Shown: positions 9,281 to 18,457 of the stretch, one piece after another | Layout: the number at the start of each line of letters is the position of its first letter | Position numbering within the stretch: position 1 is the first letter of the stretch | Assembly (NCBI GenBank): GCA_037441385.1 | Contig: JBBISH010000055.1 | Location: forward strand, 1-40,075 | Reading direction: 5' to 3' | Length of the DNA: 40,075 nt | DNA from: Myxococcales bacterium | Lineage (GTDB): Bacteria; Myxococcota_A; UBA9042 | Notes under the pieces: model-generated | What the model saw: the letters and a program-made list of their open reading frames with translations, nothing else | The model's database searches: none | What the model was told of the DNA's origin: nothing | Translations under genes and position numbers: made by a program

Positions 9281-10456
9281 ATGCTGCCGGCCGACCATCT
9301 TTCCCAGACCACCCAGCGACTGCCAACCCGCCGTAATGAGCCGGGTTCTACGCCGGGCACCTTCTTTGTCGCGCCCGACGCGCAAGCCACGTGCATGCAA
9401 CTGCTGCGCTACGGCCCCGACGTGTACGAGGAACGGCAGATTGGCGACGTGGGCGAGCTCGGCACCCCGTGCGCGATTGGCTGCATCACCTGGCTGGATG
9501 TGCGCGGCCTAAAGGACGAACGAACGCTGCAGGCCGTCACGCGCTTCTTCGACATCCACCCGCTGGCCGCCGCCGACGTGGTCAATGCGCCGCAGCGGCC
9601 CAAGACCGAGAGCTATGGCAACCACCTGCTCATGATTGCGCACATGGCGCAACTCCGCACCGGTTCGGCGGGCGAGCCCGAGCTCAACATGGAGCAGGTC
9701 GGCTTGGTGCTGGGACGCGGCTGGGTCGTGACCTTCCAAGAGTCGGCGGTGGACGGCGACGTGCTCGAACCAGTGCGGCAGCGCATCCGCAATGGTCGCG
9801 GCAAGATTCGGCATTCGCCCGCGGACTACCTGGCCTATGCGCTACTTGACGCCGTCGTCGACGGCTACTATCCGGCGCTAGAAGGGCTGGGCATCTATCT
9901 AGAAGAGTTGGAGATTCAGACCCTTGAGCGCCCCGTGCCGCAGACTGGCCGGCAAATCCACGCGCTGAAGCGGACGCTGCTACTGCTCCGCCGCGGCATT
10001 TGGCCCGAGCGCGAGGCCCTGTCGGCCCTGATGCGCGACTTGGACGACGACGACGACTCCCAAGCGCTGGTAGGCCCGACCACGCGCGTGTTCCTCCGCG
10101 ACGTCTACGATCACGTGGTGCAAGTTGTCGATATGATTGAGACCTATCGCGAATTCGCCGCCAGCTTGATGGACGTGTACTTGTCGTCGGTCAACAACCG
10201 GATGAACGAGGTGGTCAAGGTACTGACCATCATCTCGACCATTTTCCTGCCCCTGTCGTTCATCGCGGGCGTGTACGGCATGAACTTTGACCCGGACGCC
10301 TCGCCGTGGAACATGCCCGAGCTGAAGTGGGTCTACGGCTACCCGTTCGCCATCGGGCTGATGGTGGTCGTGGCCGCCGGCATGTTGTTGGCATTCCGTT
10401 ACTTTGGCTGGATCGGCCGGCCGTCCAAATGGCCTCGCGGCGAGCGCGACGGCTAA
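9281..10456 (+). CDS. corA: Magnesium/cobalt transporter CorA
   Basis: WLDVRG, HPLAAADV...QRPK, DYLAYALLDAVVD, NEVVKVLT, GMN signature GVYGMNF and MPEL. Start codon uncertain (9260-9281). Confidence 0.93.
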   Translation: MLPADHLSQTTQRLPTRRNEPGSTPGTFFVAPDAQATCMQLLRYGPDVYEERQIGDVGELGTPCAIGCITWLDVRGLKDERTLQAVTRFFDIHPLAAADVVNAPQRPKTESYGNHLLMIAHMAQLRTGSAGEPELNMEQVGLVLGRGWVVTFQESAVDGDVLEPVRQRIRNGRGKIRHSPADYLAYALLDAVVDGYYPALEGLGIYLEELEIQTLERPVPQTGRQIHALKRTLLLLRRGIWPEREALSALMRDLDDDDDSQALVGPTTRVFLRDVYDHVVQVVDMIETYREFAASLMDVYLSSVNNRMNEVVKVLTIISTIFLPLSFIAGVYGMNFDPDASPWNMPELKWVYGYPFAIGLMVVVAAGMLLAFRYFGWIGRPSKWPRGERDG

Positions 10457-10545
10457 TGCAATCAGGTCCCTTTGGTTGACAGATCGGTGAAAAACGATAC
10501 CGTGGCGCCCTGTTGCCGCGATCCTGGCACCACCTGACCCAGCCG

Positions 10546-12576
10546 ATGTCCAACGAAAACCAGTCGCACCAAAGCCCCCTAGCCACCACCACCGCGCCGG
10601 TTCCGCAGCTGACCACCCTGTACCACCGCGTGCGCCAGGTGTTTGCCGACGCGACCCGCCTCGCGACGCAGCGCGGACTGCTGCCGGCGGCCGTAGAACC
10701 CGCGGAAGTGGCGCTCGATCGCCCCAAACAGGCGGCCCACGGCGACTTGGCCACCAACCTGTTCTTTGGCTTGGCCAAGACCGCTCGCAGCAACCCGCGC
10801 GCGCTCGCCGAGCAGATGCTGCCGCTGGTCCGCGAGGCCGACACGAGCGGGCTGCTGGCCAGCTTGGAAGTGGCAGGCCCGGGCTTTGTCAACTTGCGCT
10901 TGACGCCCGAGGGGTGGCGCAGCGCGGCTCGCGACGTGCTGGTGGCCGGCGAGCGCTACGGTCACAGCGACACCGGGCGCGGCGAGCGCGTCCTGCTGGA
11001 ATTCGTCAGCGCCAATCCCACCGGCCCCATGCACGTCGGACACGGCCGCGGCGCGGTGCTGGGCGACGCGCTGGCGCGCATTCTGCGGGCGGCCGGATAT
11101 GCCGTATCTACCGAATACTACATCAACAATGTGGGCAATCAGGTCGGTAAGCTGGGCGAGAGTGTGTGGCACTGGCTGCGCGACGACTCGCGGCGGGCGG
11201 CGGCGCTCGCGACTTGGCGCAAGGGGGAGCCGGTGCCGTTCCCAGACGGTTTTCCCCAGGGCTTCCCGGAAGATGGCTATCGCGGCGCCTACATCGCCGA
11301 GGCAGCCGAACAACTGGCGCAGAACGCCACCCTGCGGTCGGTCTGCCAGGGTCAGAGCGATTGGGCCGATGCGGCCAGCTGGGGCGCGGCCGAGGCACAT
11401 AACCCCACTGGCCGCATGGACAATCGCGGCATCACCGTGGCCGCCTGGCAGCAGATGCTGCAGCGCATTCAAGACGACCTGGGCGCGCTGGACATTCGCT
11501 TCGACCGCTGGTTCAGCGAGCGCCAGCTGCACGGCCTGGATCCGAATAGCCAAAACGCCGTCGCAGACTGCGCCAAGCGCCTGGCTGCTGCCGATTGGGC
11601 CTTCGAGGACGCCGGAACCGGCGCGAGCGACGACGACGACGGGGCCGCACCCGCAGAAGTGGCTGGAAAGGCAGTCTTCTTCCGCGGTACACGCGAGGAC
11701 GTGCCCAAAGGCTTCCGCGATACCAAGGATCGGGTGATCCTGCGCGGCGATGGCCGGCCCACCTATTTTGCCGCCGACATCGCGTACCACGACGACAAGC
11801 TGGCCCGCGGTTTCGATCACATGATCAACATCTTGGGTGCTGACCACCACGGCTACGTGCCGCGGCTGAAGGGCGTGATTCACGCGCTGGGCGATCTGCG
11901 CCGAAGCGAGGGCGACCCCAAGGCCGATCGCTGGAGCGGCGATCGCCTGGAAGTCCTGTTGGTTCAGATGGTCGCGCTGCTTCGCGACGGCAAGCCAGTG
12001 CCCATGGGCAAGCGTTCGGGCGAGTTCGTCACCCTGCGCGACGTCATCGACGAAGTCACCACGGCGGGCAACCCCACCAGCGGCCGCGACGCGGTGCGCT
12101 TCGTGTTTCTGACGCGCAAGGCCGACGCACAACTGGACTTTGACCTGGAAGTGGTGCGCCGCTCGTCGATGGACAACCCGGTGTACTACGTCCAGTACGG
12201 CCACGCCCGGCTAGCCTCGACGCTGGCGCGGGCGGCCGCCGAGGGCAAAGCGCTGAAGCCCGGCGCATCCCTGGACGGCTTGCAGTTGGACGACGAGCGC
12301 GATCTGTGCTTGATTCTTGCCGAATTCCCAGAAGTCGTGGCCCGCGCTGCCCGTGGCCGCGAGCCGCATCAACTCGCTTTCTACTTGCTGGAGGTGTGCC
12401 GCGCGTTCCACGCCTACTACAGCCAGCACAAGCACGACGCCCGGGTCATCAGCGACGACGAGCAGGCCACCCAGAGCCGGCTGGCGCTGGTCGCGGCGAT
12501 CAAGGGCGTGATTGCGGCCGGATTGGGCCTGTTGGGCGTCGCCGCGCCCGAGCGCATGGCCGAGCTGGAGGGCTAG
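10546..12576 (+). CDS. argS: Arginine--tRNA ligase
   Basis: HGDLATN, AGPGFVN, HIGH-type EFVSANPTGPMHVGHGR, GADHHGY, MGKRSG, NPVYYVQYGHAR, APERM. Confidence 0.97.
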   Translation: MSNENQSHQSPLATTTAPVPQLTTLYHRVRQVFADATRLATQRGLLPAAVEPAEVALDRPKQAAHGDLATNLFFGLAKTARSNPRALAEQMLPLVREADTSGLLASLEVAGPGFVNLRLTPEGWRSAARDVLVAGERYGHSDTGRGERVLLEFVSANPTGPMHVGHGRGAVLGDALARILRAAGYAVSTEYYINNVGNQVGKLGESVWHWLRDDSRRAAALATWRKGEPVPFPDGFPQGFPEDGYRGAYIAEAAEQLAQNATLRSVCQGQSDWADAASWGAAEAHNPTGRMDNRGITVAAWQQMLQRIQDDLGALDIRFDRWFSERQLHGLDPNSQNAVADCAKRLAAADWAFEDAGTGASDDDDGAAPAEVAGKAVFFRGTREDVPKGFRDTKDRVILRGDGRPTYFAADIAYHDDKLARGFDHMINILGADHHGYVPRLKGVIHALGDLRRSEGDPKADRWSGDRLEVLLVQMVALLRDGKPVPMGKRSGEFVTLRDVIDEVTTAGNPTSGRDAVRFVFLTRKADAQLDFDLEVVRRSSMDNPVYYVQYGHARLASTLARAAAEGKALKPGASLDGLQLDDERDLCLILAEFPEVVARAARGREPHQLAFYLLEVCRAFHAYYSQHKHDARVISDDEQATQSRLALVAAIKGVIAAGLGLLGVAAPERMAELEG

Positions 12577-13593
12577 TTGAGCGACAAGCACCCCGGCCAG
12601 CCCACGCCCGAGCCGACCGAGCCGTCGTCGCTGTCGCGGCTGCGCGATTTCGACAAGGTGCGCGAGCGGATGGTGCTGCGTGTCGAGGTCCGGCACGTGG
12701 TGCAGGTCGCGCTGCTGGTGCTCAGCCTGGCCGCAGCGGCCTTTGTGGGCGGATGGATGGCGGGGCGCAATGGCTGGCAGCCAGCGTGGCTCGGCGCCCT
12801 GGATGGGCGGGCGGCGGCACCAGAAGCTGAGGCCGCGGCTCCCCTTGCCGCTCCCGCGGCAGTCGCGTTGGCTCCCGCACCGGCACCGGCCCAGCCCCCG
12901 ACACCGTCCGCCGCAGAGGCGGCCGCACCGGGCGAGCAAATCGTCGCCGCCGCCGCAGATCCTGTGGCCATCACCGGGGCGGTCGCCGACGCCGATTTGG
13001 CCCTGGCCGCCAGCGCGGCGGTGGCACAAGTGGTCCCGCCCGTTGCCGAGCCGGTCGCTACTGCGCCGCCCAGCGAGCCCGCCGGCCCTGCGGCGCCTGC
13101 CGAGGTGGCCAAGGCGGAGCCCCCCAAGGCCGCGACTGTCAAAGCAGAATCCGGCAAGCCCGAAGGTGCGTCCGAATCCGACGACAGCCAACCCACGGCC
13201 GCTTCCAGTGCCAAGAAGGGCAGCAAGCGCGCCGCCGCCGCAAAGTCCGACAAGCCCAGCGAAGCCAAGGGCGACGCCACCGCGGACCACGCTGGTGAGA
13301 AGGCGCCGGACAAGCCTGCCGAGCCGCAACCGCCGCGCGCTGGACGGCCAGCCGCCGGAAAATACATGGTGCAGATCAAGGCCTTTCGCAACGAAGCCGA
13401 AGCCACTGCCTTTGCCGAAGCCCTGCGGCAAAAGGGATACACCGTGTCCGTCAGCACCGTGGAAGTCCCTGACAAAGGGCAGTTCTTCCGCGTGCGCCTG
13501 GGTCCGTTTGGCACCCTGGACGCCGCACGCGCTGCGCAAAAGCGGCTCGAAAGCGCGGAGGGCCACGCCACCATCATCTTGTCCGTGCCGTAG
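12577..13593 (+). CDS. SPOR-domain membrane-anchored protein (FtsN/DedD-like)
   Basis: TTG start immediately after the argS stop. One TM helix, an Ala/Pro-rich linker, then C-terminal YMVQIKAF...FFRVRLGPF. The argS-SPOR gene order is common. Confidence 0.85.
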   Translation: MSDKHPGQPTPEPTEPSSLSRLRDFDKVRERMVLRVEVRHVVQVALLVLSLAAAAFVGGWMAGRNGWQPAWLGALDGRAAAPEAEAAAPLAAPAAVALAPAPAPAQPPTPSAAEAAAPGEQIVAAAADPVAITGAVADADLALAASAAVAQVVPPVAEPVATAPPSEPAGPAAPAEVAKAEPPKAATVKAESGKPEGASESDDSQPTAASSAKKGSKRAAAAKSDKPSEAKGDATADHAGEKAPDKPAEPQPPRAGRPAAGKYMVQIKAFRNEAEATAFAEALRQKGYTVSVSTVEVPDKGQFFRVRLGPFGTLDAARAAQKRLESAEGHATIILSVP

Positions 13594-13716
13594 CGGCGGC
13601 GCCCCGCCAAGGTCAACGGCGACGGTGGCGGCACAGCGGCGCTTTTCGCTCGCTCGACCCCAAGCGGATGTGCTATCGTACTGCGGCCCGCGACTGCCGC
13701 CGGGCACGGACTGTCC

Positions 13717-14460
13717 ATGCGCCTTCCGCTCCGCTCCCTTCTCCGTCCCGCGCTCGCTACTCCACTCTTTCTTGCGCTGCTGGCTGCCAGTCCCGTCCTG
13801 GCCAATTCCCCAGGCGGGGCAGCAGGTTCGCAGGCCGTGGCCGCGCTGGCCCAGGCCGCCCAGCGCGAGGCCGCCGAGCTGCAGCGCCGCTATCCCAGCG
13901 CCGACCTGAGCTGGAGCGACACGCTGCTCGGGCCCTCGGCGGTCGTGGGTCTGCAAATCGACGTCCCCGGCGACAGCCTGGAGCGCAAGGCGCTGGAATT
14001 CGCGAAACAACACGCAGCCTTGTGGGGCATCCGCGGCGACGATCTGCGCCTTTGGCACACGACCCGCAGCCGCGATCGCAGCTCGGTGCGCCTCAACCTG
14101 ACCCTACCCACTAGTGCGGGCTCGTTGATCGTGCTGGATCGCGTGCTGGTCGCAACGTTTGACGGCGCCGGTCGCCTGATCACGGTCACATCGGACTTGG
14201 TGCCCTTGGCGCCCGCGCCGGTGGGCCCGATCGGCCAGGCCGAGGCCCGCCAGATCGCGACCAGAGCGGTCTTTTCCAGCCGCGACGGCGCAACCACCAG
14301 CCCAGGTTCGGCCCGCTTGGCGGTCGTCGCCAGCCTGCAAGCAACGCAGGTGGTGTGGGCGGTCGACGTGGTCGGCTCGCGGGCCATCGAGCGCTTTGCG
14401 GTGCTGGTCGACAGCCAGACTGGCGCAGTCTTGAGCAAGCGACCGGTCGCGATTCACTAG
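13717..14460 (+). CDS. Stand-alone secreted FTP/PepSY (thermolysin/fungalysin propeptide-like) protein
   Basis: Signal peptide. FTP-like ALEFAKQHAALWGI...LIVLDRVLVATFDGAGRL and PepSY-like IGQAEARQIA...VWAVDV...VLVDSQTGAVL. No HExxH motif. Confidence 0.65.
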   Translation: MRLPLRSLLRPALATPLFLALLAASPVLANSPGGAAGSQAVAALAQAAQREAAELQRRYPSADLSWSDTLLGPSAVVGLQIDVPGDSLERKALEFAKQHAALWGIRGDDLRLWHTTRSRDRSSVRLNLTLPTSAGSLIVLDRVLVATFDGAGRLITVTSDLVPLAPAPVGPIGQAEARQIATRAVFSSRDGATTSPGSARLAVVASLQATQVVWAVDVVGSRAIERFAVLVDSQTGAVLSKRPVAIH

Positions 14461-14492
14461 TCGTTCCGCCCACATTCCTGGTCAAGCCGGCA

Positions 14493-14571
14493 CATCTCTG
14501 TCCCACCTCGAATATCTCTATCTCACCTCGAATATCTCTATCTCACCTCGAATTTCTCAATCTCACCTCGA
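14493..14571. repeat. 20-bp tandem repeat, about 3.5-4 units, unit TCTCACCTCGAATATCTCTA
   Basis: Units at 14501-14520, 14521-14540, 14541-14560 and a partial unit at 14561-14571. A partial lead-in CATCTCTG lies at 14493-14500. Confidence 0.9.
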
Positions 14572-14579
14572 GTTGCATC

Positions 14580-16286
14580 ATGATCCACCGCACGTCGAAT
14601 CCTGGGGCTGCAGCCCATCCCCTGGCCACCTGCCTGGCCGGCGCGGTCCTGGCGCTCTCCGCGGGCTGCTCGGCCAACACGACCGGCACGGGGGCCACGG
14701 CCCCTGACACGACTGGCGGCGCGGACACCGCGATCGCTCAAACCCAAGACGTGGCCGCGCCGGACGTCAAAAACCAAGCGTGGGTGTACGCCAACGACCC
14801 CGTGACCGATGGCAAGACCACCCAGGTGACGCTGGCGCCGCCCACGGATCCGTCCGGGCTACTAACCGGCGAGTTTGTGCAAGTCTCCAATTGTCTTGCC
14901 GAAGAGGGCGGGGCCGAGATGAAGCAGGGCGGCTATACGTTTGGCCACCTGTGCCACGAGGTGCAAGTCGCCGCGCCCAACGCCAACGGGGACGGCAGCT
15001 ACCTGGACATCGTGCCGCCCGAAGACACCGCCGACATGAACGACCCGTTTGCCGAAGTGCAAATGTACTACCATGTCAACCAGATTCACGACTTCTTTGC
15101 CAACGGCTTTGACCTGCACGACCTGGACTACCCGATGTACGCCCTGGTCAATGTCACGTTTGCAACCTTGATGAGCGGCGGGCAGTTCCAGGGCTTCCCC
15201 AACGCCGCCTTCATGCCCAAAGAGGCGTTTGCCCAGTTTGGTCTTCCCGAGCGCGACAAAGGCGCCATCGTCTTCGGCCAGTACCAGAGCACGGATTTCT
15301 GCTACGACGCCAGCGTCATCTACCACGAATACACCCACGCGATGGTCGGTACGACGCGCCTGGTGGGCGCCACGGTCGACGTCTACGGCATGGACAACCT
15401 GCCCGCCGCCATGAACGAGGGCTTTGCCGACTACTTCTCGTGCAGCAAGCGCAACTCGCCGATCATTGGCCCTTATGCGCTGACCTTCGCCGGAGACTGG
15501 CTGGTGCGCGACCTGACCCAAAGCCGCAAGTGCCCCGACGACCTGACGACCGAAGTCCACGCCGACGGCAAGATCATCGGCTCGGCCATGTGGGAGCTCC
15601 GCTCCGCTCTGGGGCAAGAGGTCGCCGACGGCATCATCTTGAAGGCCCTGCAGCAGTTCTCGCAGCAGACCAACATGGATGCGGCCGCCAAGCTGATCCT
15701 GGCCGAAGCCAAGAAAGTGGACGCCGACACCGGCGCGACGACGCAGACGATCCTGAAAAGTCACGGCATGATCGGTTGCGTGCGCGCCAAGGAGTGGACG
15801 GCGTTCTCGGCCGAGTCGTCGCCGGACAAGATCGGCTACTCGGTGGTCTCGCCCGATGCGATGGGCGGCGGCAGTGCCTCGGCGTTCCCATCGGGCCTGC
15901 CCGGCTATGTGCAGTTCTGGTTGCAGCCGCCGGCCGCCGGCAAGGTGGCGCTGCTGGGCGTCTCGGCCCAGGCTCAGGGCGGCGGCATGTTTGGCGGTGG
16001 CGGCGACGTGATGCTCAACTTCGCGGTCCGCAAGGGTAAGCCGGTGCAGGTGAACATGGTGTCGGGCGGCGCCCCGATCAGCGACGCGGCTCTCGCGCCC
16101 AAGCTCGCGGCCAAGGGCGCGTACTCGCAGCAGTTCGCGGTGACCGGCAATTGCCTGGCGGCCGGCTCCAAGACCTACGTGATGATGCTGAACAACTCGA
16201 AAGACGAAGCGAAGATCCAGACGATGGACGTGCAGTGGGTCGACGCTGTCCCGGCCGGAATCACCGCGGTCGATTGCACCAAGTAA
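14580..16286 (+). CDS. M4/M36-type (gluzincin) zinc metalloprotease lipoprotein lacking its own propeptide
   Basis: Lipobox LSAG-C. Motifs NAAF, DASVIYHEYTH (HExxH), third ligand MNEGFADYF and EVHADG...W. Confidence 0.88.
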   Translation: MIHRTSNPGAAAHPLATCLAGAVLALSAGCSANTTGTGATAPDTTGGADTAIAQTQDVAAPDVKNQAWVYANDPVTDGKTTQVTLAPPTDPSGLLTGEFVQVSNCLAEEGGAEMKQGGYTFGHLCHEVQVAAPNANGDGSYLDIVPPEDTADMNDPFAEVQMYYHVNQIHDFFANGFDLHDLDYPMYALVNVTFATLMSGGQFQGFPNAAFMPKEAFAQFGLPERDKGAIVFGQYQSTDFCYDASVIYHEYTHAMVGTTRLVGATVDVYGMDNLPAAMNEGFADYFSCSKRNSPIIGPYALTFAGDWLVRDLTQSRKCPDDLTTEVHADGKIIGSAMWELRSALGQEVADGIILKALQQFSQQTNMDAAAKLILAEAKKVDADTGATTQTILKSHGMIGCVRAKEWTAFSAESSPDKIGYSVVSPDAMGGGSASAFPSGLPGYVQFWLQPPAAGKVALLGVSAQAQGGGMFGGGGDVMLNFAVRKGKPVQVNMVSGGAPISDAALAPKLAAKGAYSQQFAVTGNCLAAGSKTYVMMLNNSKDEAKIQTMDVQWVDAVPAGITAVDCTK

Positions 16287-16354
16287 GCGCTGGGCCGTGC
16301 ACCAAGTAGGCGCGGGCCCGGCCAACCGCTCAGAAATTGCCTGCTCTGCAAGTG

Positions 16355-16717
16355 TGGTGGAGACGCCGGGAGTTGAACCCGGGTCCAGAAGCCCTCCAGA
16401 ACGCTGTCTACGTGCGTAGCCGAATGATTTTTACTGTTTAGGTGCCCCCCATTCGGCAGGGTGCAGCCAGGCAGTCCCGATTGATCTCACCACGCGCTGT
16501 CCGGGCGACTCGCGCAGCCAGCCCACCTGAATTTCGGCGGTGGCGCTCGGCAGGCGCAGCATCCACAACCGTCGCAGTTAAGTGTTTAAAGCTTAAGCAG
16601 CGAGAGCAAGTTCAACGTTGTCGTTGGCACTTGAAGGTTTGCCTTTTTGTACGCGGCCAAAGGCTCCGCGGCACGCAAACGCCCCTTTGTTGCCCCTGTC
16701 GAAACCGGTACGTCCCC
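16355..16717 (-). ncRNA. ssrA: tmRNA
   Basis: 5' GGGGACGUACCGGUUUCGAC and 3' GACCCGGGUUCAACUCCCGGCGUCUCCACCA form an Ala-type acceptor stem with a G3-U pair and a T-arm. Tag frame at 16593-16628 encodes ANDNVELALAA*. Length 363 nt. Confidence 0.97.
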
Positions 16718-16868
16718 AGGGAAGGTAGGCGAACGGCCGGGCGCACCGGCCAGGTCGCACGTTAGGGGCCGCCGGCCGCCAAGTCAAGCCGGCGACCTTG
16801 ACAGAGAAACTGAACGAGTGCATATTTACCAAGTGCCAAGGCGAGCACGCCCCACAACGGAACCCGCC

Positions 16869-17588
16869 ATGTCCGCCCGACCCAAGGCCCAAGATGCCCG
16901 CGATACCCGCCGACTGCTGGTAGAGGCTGCGCTGGAACTATTCGCCGAGCAAGGCTATTTTGCCACCAGCCTGCGGGACATCGGCCGAGCGGTGGGCATC
17001 CGCGAGTCGGCCATCTACCACCACTTTTCGGGCAAAGAGGCTCTGTTCGAAGCGGCCCTGTTCGAGCCCGAAGAAGGCGAGCGTTTTGGGCCGCCAGCGG
17101 CGCCGCCGATGCCGCCTTTGCCCTTGGATCGCGCCGCGTTGCAGGCCCTGCTCGAGCGCTGGGTGGCGGTGGCGATGGACAAGTTCGCCACGCTGCGCGA
17201 GCGCAAACGGTTCCGCATCATGCTCAGCGAGGGCATGCGTCTGGCCCAGTCGGGCAAGCTCAACTACTTTGACAAGATGGCGCCGCTGCGCCAGCCGATG
17301 ATCGACTTCTTCGACCAACTGATGCAGGCGGGCGTTCTGACCCGCCGCGACCCCGAATTGACCGGCCTGATCCTGATGGCGCCGATCCTGCTGTGGCGTC
17401 AGCTGCTCGAGGTCATGCCCGAGCACGACTATGTGCAGCACCCGCACCGCTATGGCCGGCAGCTCGTAGAGCAATTCTTGGTCGGTGTGCTGGCCGACGA
17501 GCAAAGCCAGAGCCCGGACCTGCGTCCGAGCCCGCCGCCGACCCCGACCCCAACGCACCGCGCGCCCTGCCGCGACTGGATCGACTGA
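16869..17588 (+). CDS. TetR/AcrR-family transcriptional regulator
   Basis: HTH TRRLLVEAALELFAEQGYFATSLRDIGRAVGIRESAIYHHFSGKEAL. Confidence 0.93.
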   Translation: MSARPKAQDARDTRRLLVEAALELFAEQGYFATSLRDIGRAVGIRESAIYHHFSGKEALFEAALFEPEEGERFGPPAAPPMPPLPLDRAALQALLERWVAVAMDKFATLRERKRFRIMLSEGMRLAQSGKLNYFDKMAPLRQPMIDFFDQLMQAGVLTRRDPELTGLILMAPILLWRQLLEVMPEHDYVQHPHRYGRQLVEQFLVGVLADEQSQSPDLRPSPPPTPTPTHRAPCRDWID

Positions 17589-17687
17589 ACCGCACGATGC
17601 CGCCTCTGGCCGGCGCCGTGAATCCCAGAAAGTGTGCACTCGTTCAATTCTGTAGCGCCCATGTGGCGTCCCAACCTGGAGGAACTC

Positions 17688-18410
17688 ATGAAGATGTTGA
17701 CCTCGATCCTTGCGGCCGCTGGCGCCCTGCTCGTGGCGCTGCCCGCCCTGGCCGACCCGACGGCGCTGGACCTGATGCGCAAGTACGACCAGATCATGGG
17801 GCCCGAGAACTTTGACGCGGTCACGCGCATGACGGCCCACCGCGACGATGGGACCGAGCGCACCTACAAGATGCAAGTGCTCAAGAAGGGCGACGACAAG
17901 TTCCGCGTTACCTTCCGCGAACCGGCGGCGGTGGTGGGCCAAGAACTGCTGCGCCAGGGCGACAACCTGTGGGTCTACATGCCCAACCTCAAGCGCGCGG
18001 TGCGGCTCGCCAACCGCGACTCGTTCCAGGGCGGCGACTTCAACAACGCCGACGTGCTCCGCGTCAAGTACGAAGCCGACTACGACGGCACCACAACCGC
18101 CGACGGCGACGCTTGGGTGCTGGAGCTCAAGGCCAAGAACAGCAACGCCAGCTACGACAAGGTCAAGATTTGGATGAAGAAGTCGGACATGCTGCCGGTC
18201 AAGGGCGAGTACTATACGGCGTCGGGCAAGCTGCTGCGCAAGGCCGAGTTCAGCGATGTCAAGAACTTTGACGGCATCGTCCGCCCCAGCAAGATCGTGA
18301 TGCGCAACATGCTGGCTGTGCAGCGCTGGTCGGTGATGGTCTGGGAGGCCTTGAATACCAAAGTGAATCCGCCGGCCACCAAGTTCGTGCTCGACGACCT
18401 GGGCAAGTAG
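17688..18410 (+). CDS. Outer-membrane lipoprotein-sorting (LolA-like) periplasmic protein
   Basis: GGAGGA RBS and signal peptide. Motifs FREPA..VGQELL, NLWVYMPNLKRAVRL, SFQGGDFNNAD, YDKVKIW and YTASGKLLR. Confidence 0.85.
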   Translation: MKMLTSILAAAGALLVALPALADPTALDLMRKYDQIMGPENFDAVTRMTAHRDDGTERTYKMQVLKKGDDKFRVTFREPAAVVGQELLRQGDNLWVYMPNLKRAVRLANRDSFQGGDFNNADVLRVKYEADYDGTTTADGDAWVLELKAKNSNASYDKVKIWMKKSDMLPVKGEYYTASGKLLRKAEFSDVKNFDGIVRPSKIVMRNMLAVQRWSVMVWEALNTKVNPPATKFVLDDLGK

Positions 18411-18457
18411 GCGCACGTTGTCGAACCAGCTGGGCGCCCCAAGGGGCGGAGGCAGCC

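Noticed and set aside
14493..14571. Possible CRISPR array
   Set aside because: The units are head to tail with no unique spacers, and there are no cas genes in the window.
16290..16400. Prophage or island integrated at the tmRNA
   Set aside because: No integrase and no duplicated ssrA 3' end were seen in the window. The flanking genes look chromosomal.
16593..16892. 99-aa ORF ending ANDNVELALAA
   Set aside because: This is the tmRNA tag reading frame, not an independent gene.
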